DNA from: Polyangiaceae bacterium
Lineage (GTDB): Bacteria > Myxococcota_A > Polyangia > Polyangiales > Polyangiaceae
Length of the DNA stretch: 64,000 bases
Assembly (NCBI GenBank): GCA_965222375.1
Contig: CBDCTZ010000008.1
Location: forward strand, 384,001 to 448,000
Reading direction: 5' to 3'
Shown here: in pieces, positions 9,812-19,300 of the stretch
Layout of the letters: each line of letters starts with the position of its first letter
Numbering within the stretch: the stretch's first letter is position 1
The notes under the pieces: model-generated
Told to the model about the DNA's origin: nothing
Database searches by the model: none
Seen by the model: the letters and a program-made list of their open reading frames with translations, nothing else
Position numbers and translations under genes: made by a program

Positions 9812-10240
9812 TCAACCTTCGCGCGCGTACGGCTCCCCGCGCAGAATGCTCAGGGCGCGGTAGATCTGTTCCAACAGCAGGACTCGAGCCAACTGGTGCG
9901 GGAGAGTCAGAGCCGACAGTGAGAGTCGCACGTCCGAGCTGGCACTCAAGGGAGCCGGCAGCCCCTCGGCGCCCCCGATCAAGAATCCGATCACGCCCTT
10001 GCCCCGCCGGCTCCAAAGCGCCATCCTCCGGGAAAGCTCCGTGCTGCTCACGACATCACCGCCGACTTCGAGGGCAACTCGCGTGGACAGCCCGGCGACA
10101 TGACGCTCCATCTCGCCTGCGCGTCGCACTTCAACCTCATCACAGCGCGTGTAGTGGCGAATCCTAGCCAGATAGTCGTCAGCAAGGCTACGGAAGGCGG
10201 GGTGCTTCAGCTTGCCCTCGGCGATGACGAGGATCTTCAC
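9812..10240 (-). CDS. rlmH: 23S rRNA m3-pseudouridine-1915 methyltransferase RlmH
   Basis: FLIGGAEG, LSLSALTLPHQLARVLLLEQIYRA...GEPY. Confidence 0.95.
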   Translation of the reverse strand: MKILVIAEGKLKHPAFRSLADDYLARIRHYTRCDEVEVRRAGEMERHVAGLSTRVALEVGGDVVSSTELSRRMALWSRRGKGVIGFLIGGAEGLPAPLSASSDVRLSLSALTLPHQLARVLLLEQIYRALSILRGEPYAREG

Positions 10241-10716
10241 GTCCGTTGCTCGGCACTATCCGGCACGGGTATTCGGCGAGCATCCATCCACAACCCGTCC
10301 AGGTCGTACAGGCTGCGTGACTGCTCCTCGAAGACGTGAACAACGACATCGACGAAATCGATCAGGACCCAATTGGCCTGGGGCAACCCTTCTAGACTGA
10401 TGGCGCGCACACCGCTTTCGGCGAGCAACTCTTCCACGGCTTGAGCGATCGCCCCGACATGTCGGTCGCTGTGACCGGTCATGAGCACGAGGAAGTCCGC
10501 GTAGTCGACCTTACCAGTGACATCGACGATCTCGACGCCCACTGCCTTCTTGTCCAGCCCAGCTTGCGCTGATAGCAGCGCTACGCGCCGGGCTTCTTCG
10601 GAGGGCTCGGGCCGGACGATTTCGGTAGCCGCCATCGCGCTGGCCGTCGCGCTTTCCGGGCTGCCGGATGCACCCTTCTTGATTCCCTTCTTCTTCTTCT
10701 TGGCTTTGGCTGTCAC
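10237..10716 (-). CDS. rsfS: Ribosome silencing factor RsfS (Iojap)
   Basis: DKKA, ADFLVLMTG.SDRHV, WVLIDFVDVVVHVF, YDLDGLW. Confidence 0.95.
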   Translation of the reverse strand: MTAKAKKKKKGIKKGASGSPESATASAMAATEIVRPEPSEEARRVALLSAQAGLDKKAVGVEIVDVTGKVDYADFLVLMTGHSDRHVGAIAQAVEELLAESGVRAISLEGLPQANWVLIDFVDVVVHVFEEQSRSLYDLDGLWMDARRIPVPDSAEQRT

Positions 10717-11960
10717 GATTCCCTGATCTGGCCGTCACCCAAGACGAGCCACTTCTCACTAGTCAGGCTGGTTAGTCCCATGGGGCCATAGGCGTGCAAT
10801 TTCGTGGTGGAGATTCCGATTTCGGCGCCCAAGCCCAAGGCGCCCCCGTCGTTGAAGCGCGTGGAGGCGTTGACCATGACGGCGCTGGCGTCAACCTCGT
10901 GAGCGAACCTCTCGGCGCTTTCGTAGCTGTCCGTACAGATCGCCTCCGTGTGACCAGAGCCGTAGCGCTCGATGTGGGCCAGGGCTCCGTCCAGGTCGTC
11001 CACCACCCGGACTGCCAGAACTTTCGCGAGGAATTCCGCACCGAAATCGCCCTCAGTGGCCAACACGGATCCCGGCATGTGAGCCTGGGCTCGCTCGCAA
11101 CCGCGTAGTTCTACCCCCTCAGCCGTGAGTGCGGCCGCTAGTTTGGGCAGCTGTCGGACCGCTTCGGCCTGGTGCACGAGCAGACACTCCAGCGCGTTGC
11201 ATACCCCCGGGCGCTGCACTTTGCCGTTGACGGTCAGGGCCAGGGCGCGTTCAGCATCCGCACCGGCATCGATGAACAGATGGCACACGCCTTTGTAGTG
11301 TTTGATCACCGGCACCCGCGCATGTTCTGCGACGAACCGAATCAGCCCCTCCCCACCCCTTGGGATGACCAAGTCGAGGACATCGGCCAGCCCTATCAGC
11401 TCCGTGATCTCTTCTCTCGAGCCCGGTTCGATGATCTGAACGGCTTCTTCCGGCAGCGAAACGGAGCGGAGCGCGTCGCGCATGGCGTTGCCTAAGGCGC
11501 GATTGCTGTGGCGCGCTTCCTTGCCTCCTCGCAGCACGACGGCGTTCCCGCTCTTCAGACACAACACGGCAGCATCGACGGTCACATTCGGGCGCGACTC
11601 GTAGATCATGCCAATCACACCGAGGGGAATGCGGGCGCGTGAAATTCGCAAGCCATTTTCCAATTGCCGCGTCTCGCTGCGTTGCCCCACTGGGTCTGGC
11701 AGAGCACGCACGTCCTCCACAGCCGCCGCCAAACTCGAGATCCGGGCAGCATCGAGGCGGAGGCGATCAACCATCGCTTCGGCAAGTCCCGCCTTTTCGG
11801 CGGCGTCGAGGTCCTGGCGATTAGCAGCCTCGATCTCGCCACTGAGGCGCCGCAGGCGCTCGGCGATGGCATCGAGACCGGCGTTCTTGTCGCGAGTGCT
11901 TGCCCTAGCGAAGTGGCGTGACGCGCGCCGGGCGTTTTCGCATTGCGCCCGTACCGTCAA
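10713..11960 (-). CDS. proA: Glutamate-5-semialdehyde dehydrogenase
   Basis: PLGVIGMIYESRPNVT, IPRGGEGLI, CNALE, GAEIGIST.KLHAYGPMG; start is uncertain (TTG 11960 gives about 415 aa). Confidence 0.95.
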   Translation of the reverse strand: MTVRAQCENARRASRHFARASTRDKNAGLDAIAERLRRLSGEIEAANRQDLDAAEKAGLAEAMVDRLRLDAARISSLAAAVEDVRALPDPVGQRSETRQLENGLRISRARIPLGVIGMIYESRPNVTVDAAVLCLKSGNAVVLRGGKEARHSNRALGNAMRDALRSVSLPEEAVQIIEPGSREEITELIGLADVLDLVIPRGGEGLIRFVAEHARVPVIKHYKGVCHLFIDAGADAERALALTVNGKVQRPGVCNALECLLVHQAEAVRQLPKLAAALTAEGVELRGCERAQAHMPGSVLATEGDFGAEFLAKVLAVRVVDDLDGALAHIERYGSGHTEAICTDSYESAERFAHEVDASAVMVNASTRFNDGGALGLGAEIGISTTKLHAYGPMGLTSLTSEKWLVLGDGQIRES

Positions 11961-12039
11961 AGCTCTGGACCTTGCACCGTTATCTCGATTCCCAAGGTGT
12001 TGCAGCGTAGCAGGGCCGACGGGTCGGGGAAACGGCCAA

Positions 12040-12315
12040 TCACCCGCCGTCCTGAGCTGCGTCGGTGCCCCCAGCGTCCCCGGATCCCGCGTCCTGCGTC
12101 GCCGCATCCGGGGTGGTCTCGGGTGCGGGCGGCTCAGGGTCGTCGGTCACGGCCTCCCCCTCCAGGTCGTCCAGGGGGTCGACGGGGGCCGCCGCGTCCC
12201 AGGGCATTACCCTCGGTACTTCATACTCCGGAGGGGGCCCCGTGGGCCGCTGCCTGGTCGGACAACCCAGGAGCACGCAGAACGGGACGACGACGACCCA
12301 AAACAGTCGGCTCAT
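12040..12315 (-). CDS. Small Pro/acidic-rich lipoprotein
   Basis: Lipobox LLGC, PPPEYE motif, low-complexity tail; ATGA overlap with the upstream gene. Confidence 0.65.
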   Translation of the reverse strand: MSRLFWVVVVPFCVLLGCPTRQRPTGPPPEYEVPRVMPWDAAAPVDPLDDLEGEAVTDDPEPPAPETTPDAATQDAGSGDAGGTDAAQDGG

Positions 12316-12587
12316 AGATTGACCCCTGCGTCTCCCGGATCTGCCGGCGCCGGCGCCAAGCCCGGAGGGGGGATCAACGGCTGCTCGCCGTCGTCGTCGA
12401 AGGGTTCATCCTCGTCGGGTCCGGGGCTCGTCGTGCGCCCAGCCGCGAGTGCGCCGGTTGCCCCGGGAGCCGCCGAGGGCAAATCCACGCTGGCAGCGGG
12501 GGGCGGCGGATCCGTCGCTGGTTTGCTGCAAGCAACGAGACCCACCGCAAGTGTCACGCACGCCAGACTGCCCCGGCTCAGAGCCAT
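12312..12587 (-). CDS. Small Pro/acidic-rich lipoprotein
   Basis: Lipobox LVAC, disordered body; overlaps both neighbours in an operon-like way. Confidence 0.6.
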   Translation of the reverse strand: MALSRGSLACVTLAVGLVACSKPATDPPPPAASVDLPSAAPGATGALAAGRTTSPGPDEDEPFDDDGEQPLIPPPGLAPAPADPGDAGVNL

Positions 12588-13603
12588 CTTTCCTCGTCCA
12601 CTGCGTGCAAAGTCTCGTTCAAGTCAAAGCTCGGATCGTGGCCCAAGACCTCTCGAGCCCGACGATCATCTATCATACAAACGTAGCGAATGAAGTCGAG
12701 TTCCGGGGCGGGGAAAGAGGTCATTCGCATTCTCCATAGTCGGTCGACGCCAAAGCGTGCCAACTGGTGGGGGATCTTGATGGTAGGTCGCCCCAAAGCG
12801 CGCAGGGCCCGGGACAGCGCAACCGGCGCAGGACCCGCGACATTGAAAATCCCCCGAACACCTGGGCGCAACGCCAATGCGAGGGCTTGAACCACATCGT
12901 CTTGATGCACCACCTGCACCATCGGATCGAAGCCCATCAGCGTAGGTACCTTGGCCAGGCGCAAATAGTTGCTGGCGGCGTTGCGCACCGTCCCGAGAAT
13001 ATTGGTTGGCCGCAAGATCACGGTTTCCGTTCCGGGATGCTTCCAGAAGAAGGACTGCGCCAGCATATCCAGCTCTACGAGGTCCCGCATGTCGCTGAAA
13101 CGATCCGCGCCGAGCAGCGGGGCCTCTTCCGTCAAGAACTGCGGATTGTCGGGGCGCGGGCCGTAGACATTGGCGCTGGAAAGCAGCACGAGCTTCGGGA
13201 TCTGGTAGGCCTGAACCCAATCCAGGAGCTTCTGGAACGCCACCACGTTCCACGCGTGGTGCACCTGGCTGCCGCCCCGAGGATCGTGCATCACCCCCAA
13301 GTGCACGATGGCGCCGATATCCTTGCGCCGGAATAGCTCGCGAGCTTTCTTACGCCGAATATCGATTTCGTGGTGCTCGATGTCCTTGGGGCGGTCATCG
13401 AACGGCCGCCGGTCGAGCCCGATGACCGGACGCTGGCGGTGCAGCACTCGTGCTAGGCGTCGGCCTAGCCGCCCGCAGATCCCCGTGATGACGACGGCTT
13501 GCTCGCCCTTGGGGGCTTTCGCAACCTGCTTGCGCCGATGCGCGGCCGCGCGGGGACCCCGGCGCCCCCCTCCGGGCTTCTTCGTGACTTTGGCTCCGGC
13601 CAT
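12578..13603 (-). CDS. NAD-dependent epimerase/dehydratase (extended SDR)
   Basis: VVITGICGRLG Rossmann motif, SSANVYG; basic N-terminal extension. Confidence 0.85.
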   Translation of the reverse strand: MAGAKVTKKPGGGRRGPRAAAHRRKQVAKAPKGEQAVVITGICGRLGRRLARVLHRQRPVIGLDRRPFDDRPKDIEHHEIDIRRKKARELFRRKDIGAIVHLGVMHDPRGGSQVHHAWNVVAFQKLLDWVQAYQIPKLVLLSSANVYGPRPDNPQFLTEEAPLLGADRFSDMRDLVELDMLAQSFFWKHPGTETVILRPTNILGTVRNAASNYLRLAKVPTLMGFDPMVQVVHQDDVVQALALALRPGVRGIFNVAGPAPVALSRALRALGRPTIKIPHQLARFGVDRLWRMRMTSFPAPELDFIRYVCMIDDRRAREVLGHDPSFDLNETLHAVDEERWL

Positions 13604-13608
13604 GAGAT

Positions 13609-14529
13609 TCAGAAGAACAGGCTACGCCGCTCCTTCAAGCCACGGTTGATCATGCTCTGAACGGTCTGCCGAACGAGCCAGACCTTCTCGTCAATTACGG
13701 CGTCGTCGTCATCAGGATCTCCGTCGAATCGCATGGGCTCACCAAAGTAGAGCCGATATTTCGTCGGCAAGGGCAGCTGCCCGCCCGGCACGAAAAGCTG
13801 AGGAATCATCGGAAATACAGGCATATTCAGAGCCTTGGCCATGAACTCCAGATTGCCCAGATTCACGTATTGCTCTTCGGCGCCGATCACGGCGACGGGA
13901 ACGATCGGCGTGTCGGTTTCCATCGCGAGACGCATGAAGCCATTGCCGAACGCCTGCAGCTGGTAGCGACGCGAAAAAGGCTTGCTGATCCCGCGAGTCC
14001 CTTCGGGGAAGACTAGAAGGGGTTCGTCCATCTCGAGTAGGCGCTTTGCATTCTCGGGCACACCCACCACCTGACCGACGCGTTGGAAGAAGGTGGAGAC
14101 GAAGGGCAGAGTTTGCGACCACTTCTCGACCATCGCCCGCACTACCCGTGGCTCCGACGCATCCAAGAACATCGCGGAACCAATGATCGCGCCGTCAATG
14201 GGCATTTGCCCCGAGTGATTGGCGATCAGCAACACGCGCCCGCCGGGCACGTTCTTGATGCCGTGGACATGGGTACGGAAATAGAGGCGGTGGAAGAAGG
14301 CGCACACCATCACGGCGTTCTTCGCCGCTTCCGGGTCCATTCCGAAGGGATCTCCCCCAGCCGCGTCGTAGCGCTCGCTCAACACGCGAGTCCGGGCCTC
14401 GAAGTCATCACCCAATGCGCGCTCCGCCACCTGCTGAAATGACCGACGCGCACGAGACCAGACCGAAAGTAGGCCGTCGGCCTTCGCTCTATCGAGCCGG
14501 AGCGAGGAGGTGGGCGAGCCGGGGGGCAT
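13609..14529 (-). CDS. Lysophospholipid/glycerol acyltransferase (PlsC superfamily)
   Basis: NHSG..PID, VFPEG, TPIVPVAV motifs. Confidence 0.9.
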   Translation of the reverse strand: MPPGSPTSSLRLDRAKADGLLSVWSRARRSFQQVAERALGDDFEARTRVLSERYDAAGGDPFGMDPEAAKNAVMVCAFFHRLYFRTHVHGIKNVPGGRVLLIANHSGQMPIDGAIIGSAMFLDASEPRVVRAMVEKWSQTLPFVSTFFQRVGQVVGVPENAKRLLEMDEPLLVFPEGTRGISKPFSRRYQLQAFGNGFMRLAMETDTPIVPVAVIGAEEQYVNLGNLEFMAKALNMPVFPMIPQLFVPGGQLPLPTKYRLYFGEPMRFDGDPDDDDAVIDEKVWLVRQTVQSMINRGLKERRSLFF

Positions 14530-14628
14530 CGATGGGAGTGTACACGCCTGCCCTGCCACGGGGACACGCGGCCGGGGCTGCCCAAGCCGAGCTTGACGCC
14601 AACGGCATGAAGCCGGAACTCTCCTTGG

Positions 14629-15510
14629 GTGCTGCTGCCTCCGGCCCTGACCCCGGGCGCCCGGCTACGCCTGGTCGCCCCCTCGAGTCCCTTCGACCGC
14701 ACCCTGGTGTACCGCGGGCTCGCCTTCCTCAAGAGTCGCTACCGAGTTGACCACCCCGCGGAGGCCTTTGCCCGACACGGCTTTCTGGCCGGCAGCGACG
14801 AGTCGCGGAGACAGCAGCTTCAGGCGGCGATCGACGATCCGTTCGTTGCCGCCATCGTTGCGGCGCGGGGAGGCTACGGCCTCACTCGCATCCTAGCCGG
14901 CTTGGACCTCTCGTCGCTGACCACCCGGCCCAAGTGGATCGTCGGATTCTCCGACTTGACCGCCCTGCACGTCGAGGCGGCGCGCCTGGGTGTCGCCACG
15001 ATGCACGCCCACAACGTGGCTGGACTGGGCCGTGGCGATGCCACCGCGCGGCAAGACTGGGTCGAAGCGTTGGAAGAGCCAAGTCAGCCACGCAAATTGG
15101 GTGGACTGGAGGTCTGGAACGGCGGCGACGCCTCGGGGCCACTATTCGGTGGCAATTTGACCCTGCTGTTCACCTGCGCCGCCGCTGGGCGTCTGCGCCC
15201 TCCCCCTGGCGCCATTTGGTTCCTCGAAGACGTGACCGAGTCCAGCTATCGAATCGACCGCATGCTCACCGCGCTGCTGGCATCGGGTGCCTTCGACCAG
15301 GCAGCCGCAATCGTGCTGGGCGACTTCACGGACTGCAGCGCCGGACTGCACGCCGTACCCACTTCGTCCGTCTTGCGGGAGCGCCTGTTGGGGCTTGGAA
15401 TACCCGTACGCGCGGGGCTTCGCGCTGGCCATGGACGCTTCAACACACCGCTCTGCCTCGGCGGGAATACGACACTTCGCGGTGACGTACTAGTCTGCGG
15501 CCCAACTTGA
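14629..15510 (+). CDS. ldcA: LD-carboxypeptidase (peptidase S66)
   Basis: VAPSS, RGGYG, GFSDLT (catalytic Ser), GGNL, FLEDV.E, GHG. Confidence 0.9.
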   Translation: MLLPPALTPGARLRLVAPSSPFDRTLVYRGLAFLKSRYRVDHPAEAFARHGFLAGSDESRRQQLQAAIDDPFVAAIVAARGGYGLTRILAGLDLSSLTTRPKWIVGFSDLTALHVEAARLGVATMHAHNVAGLGRGDATARQDWVEALEEPSQPRKLGGLEVWNGGDASGPLFGGNLTLLFTCAAAGRLRPPPGAIWFLEDVTESSYRIDRMLTALLASGAFDQAAAIVLGDFTDCSAGLHAVPTSSVLRERLLGLGIPVRAGLRAGHGRFNTPLCLGGNTTLRGDVLVCGPT

Positions 15511-15576
15511 ACCGGGCGCCTTCAGGTCGTAGTCTTCGCGCGTTGCGACGTCGCAGGGTGCGCCAGGAAGAGCGAA

Positions 15577-16340
15577 ATGTCACTGGCTTTCCGCCTATTC
15601 AGTGTTGGGGCGTCGGGCGCGCTAGCCGTCGCCGCCTGTTCGGCGAGTGACAGTGGCGGCGGCTCTGGCGGCGGGCCTGCCACGAGCGGGACCGCCGGCT
15701 CAAGCGGGGCTTCAAGCAGTGGCGCCATCAGCACCGGAGGCAGCGGTGGAGGCATCGTCATCGACGGCGGTGGGGGCAACGCCGGGCTCTCGGAAGACGC
15801 CGCCTGCAGCCAAATCACGCAGAAAGCGGAAAACAAACTCCAACCGGCCGACATCATCTTCGCCCTGGATAATTTCGGAAGCATGGACGAAGAGGCGAAC
15901 TTCGTTCAGGCGACCATGAGCATGTTCTCCAACGGAATCGTGACGTCGAACATTGACGCCCACGTCGTGATCTTGTCTGCCGGTTCGAACCAGAGCAATG
16001 GCAGAATTTCCTTCCGGTTTTCCAGGCCGTGACCCAGTCCGTCGTACAAGCTTCCAAACTCGCCTGTGAATGGGATATCCCGGAACCCGACGGAGGCAAG
16101 GTCGATCCGAATCTGGTGAACGTAGAGTTCTCGACCGGGGGCAACACTCAGAAGATCGGCTATGCCGGCTCCCTCGCGAACTGCGCCAACGTGCAAGGCG
16201 GGTGGTACTTCGATGACGCTCTGACGCCCAAGAAGGTCTTTGTCTGCCCGGATACCTGCAACGTAGTTCAAGGCGTGTCGGACGCGGAGATCCGAGTGCT
16301 GCTGGGCTGCAAGCGAGAGACTGCAGTCCCCAAGTGGACG
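15577..16340 (+). pseudogene. Disrupted vWA-domain lipoprotein (internal deletion with frameshift)
   Basis: Lipobox VAAC, Gly linker and vWA start (DIIFALDNFGSM) break at about 16001; another frame resumes with QNFLPVFQAV...ACEWDIPEP...VNV...GGWYFDD...CPDTC, the usual C-terminus of this family. Confidence 0.7.
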
Positions 16341-16395
16341 GCGCCGCTGGTGCTCCCATCGGGTTTCACCCGCCTACGCTTGGGTGGGGCGACGA

Positions 16396-19300
16396 CTAGG
16401 GTTCGTCTTCGAACAGTTCGTCGTCATCTACGATGAGCTCTTCATCGTCGACGACCTCCCCCTCAGCAGAAGCTTCTTGCCCGGCAACCTCGTCGGCCAT
16501 GCCCGGCTTGACGATGGTCCGGTCGTACTCTTCGTCCGCTGAGAAGTCCGGCACGGCCTGAACGACTGCGTCAGGCATCGGCGGAAGCGGCGCCCCCACT
16601 GGAGGAGGGTTGGAAGAGATCGGGACGGGCGGTCGGCTGGACAGAGATCGCGGCGGTGGCAGCACGCTGGAAGTCGGCGACTCGTCCAGCTCGGTGATCG
16701 ATGCGCTTAGCGTCACTTCGTCGGCTTTCGGGAATTCGATGTCAGGCCGCTCCGGCTTCAAGCCCGCGAGGGCGTCCTCTGCGTGCGCCTGCGCGACGGG
16801 ATCGCCGGCGGAGGGCGGCAGCGTGGGACCGTCGTCGTCGTCATCCGCACCAGGCGCGACCAGTCCTTCGGCTTCGGGAGGTACGGCCAAGGGCGCCGGG
16901 GATGCATCCATATCCGTGTGCAGAGTTTCGCCTTCGGCAGGAGGCGGCGGCGCGCCAGCGTCTGCCGGCGGCGACTGCGATGGCGCTTTCGGTTCCGGTG
17001 GCTCCGACTTGGGCTTGGGCTCCTTGGCGCGCCCGATCATCCCGGCTTTGGAGCGCTCCAAGCCTTCGGTCGCTTCAGGATCCCCACTCTTCATGCGCAA
17101 GACCCGGCGCCAGGCATCCGCTGCCTCCCGGGGGTCGTCCAGCCGCTCTTCCCACAGCCGCGCGACCTTGCGTGCAAGCTCCGCGCGCGAACTTGGGTCC
17201 TTGCCACGGAGGATTTGATCTTCGTAGAGCTGGACCATCCCCCGCCAATCTTCCAGCTCTTGATACAGCGCTCCCAGGTCGTCACTGATGCCAGCGTCCG
17301 ACGGCGACAAGTCGTGCAATCGCTTCAGGTCTTGAGCTGCGCCGGGCTTGTCGTCCAGCCGGTCGCGGCGCAGCTGGGCGCGGCGTGCCAGAAGCTTTCG
17401 CACGAGCGGGCCATCGAACACCTCTTCCAACGCGCGCCCCAGCACCGTCTCGCCCCGCTTGAGGTCCCCGACCTCGTCTGCCAGCGCCTCCAGCGCCTCC
17501 AAACTATCGTCATCCACATGGGTGACCAGCGCGTCCCCAATCCACTGGAACGCGCGCTCGATGTCGTCCAGATCGCGATGTGCCAATTGGGCGGCGCGGC
17601 GCAACAGCGCGCTTCGCGTGCGGCCTCCATCCCTGGACCCCTGCCCTCCTGCCGCCAGCGCTTCGCACAGCACGCTGAGTAGTTTCGGTTCATCCAGGTC
17701 TTGATCTGTGGCCCGGGAGATGTCCTCCAGAGTCGAGATGGTAGCATCCTGCACACCGCCGCTGAGGGCCAAGTCGAAGAAGCTACGCGCGCGGTCGAGA
17801 CCATCATGCCGTGCCGCCACCTGCGCCGCCCGGGCCAGAGCGTTGAGGCGGTCTTCGGGCGCCTTGCAGCGCACGATCTGGCGCTCGTATAGATCGATCA
17901 CGTGGCCCGGCGCCGGAGCGAGCTTGCTCAAGCGCTCGAGCAGCGGGTCCACGTCATCCGGAGGAACGCTCGTCAGAGCCTGCTCCCCATGGTTGATCGC
18001 CTCCAGCGAGTCGACCCCAGCGCTGAGCAGGGTCTCGGCTTGCCGTACCATCTCTTCGGCCCGGCTGGGGCCGGACAGATCCTGTACCAAGAAGTCGTGG
18101 GCAACGCCGAGCGCGTCCGTGTCTTTCAGTTTAACCGCGATCTCCTCGAGGCGCTTTGCGAGTTCCGTGTCCGCGCCGCGGGTGCGGACTACCTCTTGTG
18201 CAACTTGAGCGGCGTCGGCGTCCCGCCCAACGTTTGCGAAGCGCTCGAAGGCTCCGCGCAGCGCTTCATGTCGCTCAGGCCCAACTGGAGACTCGAGGTG
18301 CCATTCCACGAGCTTGGTCGCAACGATGCCGGCCCATCCGAGTTCATCGCCGAGCTTGACGTATGCTTCTCGACACTCCTTGTCGCCTTGGTCCGCAACC
18401 TCCATCAGTGTCGCCAGGGCTTCGTCGCCCTTCTCGAGGTTTTCGGACTGGATCGTGGCGAGCTTGCGAGTCATGCGACTCAGCTCTTCTTCGTCGCCCT
18501 CCACTTCGGCGAGCGCGGCGAGGTGCTCAGCAACCCGGGCCCAATCTTCGAGCCGCTCCGAAAGGTCACAAGCGCGCTGCAAAGCGTCGAAGTCCTCCGG
18601 ATCGAGTTCTCGCACGATGTCCAACACGCGGAGCGCAGCGCGAGGATCGTCCAGAGGTCCTTCGTAGAGCACAGCGAGGCGTTGTGCGACGTCCATGCGC
18701 TCTTCAGCCGGCTCGGTGAGTTTCAACCGCCGCTCCAGAGCGTCCGCTTGGCCTTTCGGCTCGTCCCGCTGCTCATGCAAACCGGCGATGGCATCCAGAG
18801 CCGGCAAGTTCTTTTCGTCGATGGTCTTGAGGATGTGCTCGTAGCGCTCGACCGCCCCCTCGGGGTCATTGAGCCCCTCGGCCACGATGCCGGCTTCGCG
18901 CAGCAGGATCTGCAGCTTGCGCTCCCCGGGTAGGCCCGCGCTCTTGGCCAATCGGTGCAGGTATTCCGAGGCGTCGGCGAATTCGGCACGCTCCTCCGCG
19001 TCCTCCGCCAGCAATTCCAGGGTCTCGACGTCGTCACCGTCGGAGAGCACGAGCACGAGCGTCTCCCGAGCACCCTCGAGATCGGCTAGCACCTCCCGCT
19101 GGGTAGCCGCGGCACGCTTGCGAAGCGCAACTCGTTCGGGCTTATTGGTCAGTTTCTCCGACCGGCGTAGGAGGAACTGCACCAAGTCGCTGGTCCGCTC
19201 CGCCAACGCGTAGCGCTCCTCCAGCGCCTTGGCGTGGGCGTCGCTCATGGGGTCCAAGTCCGCGGCCTGTTCCAAGCGCAGGACGGCACTCGCGTCGTCT

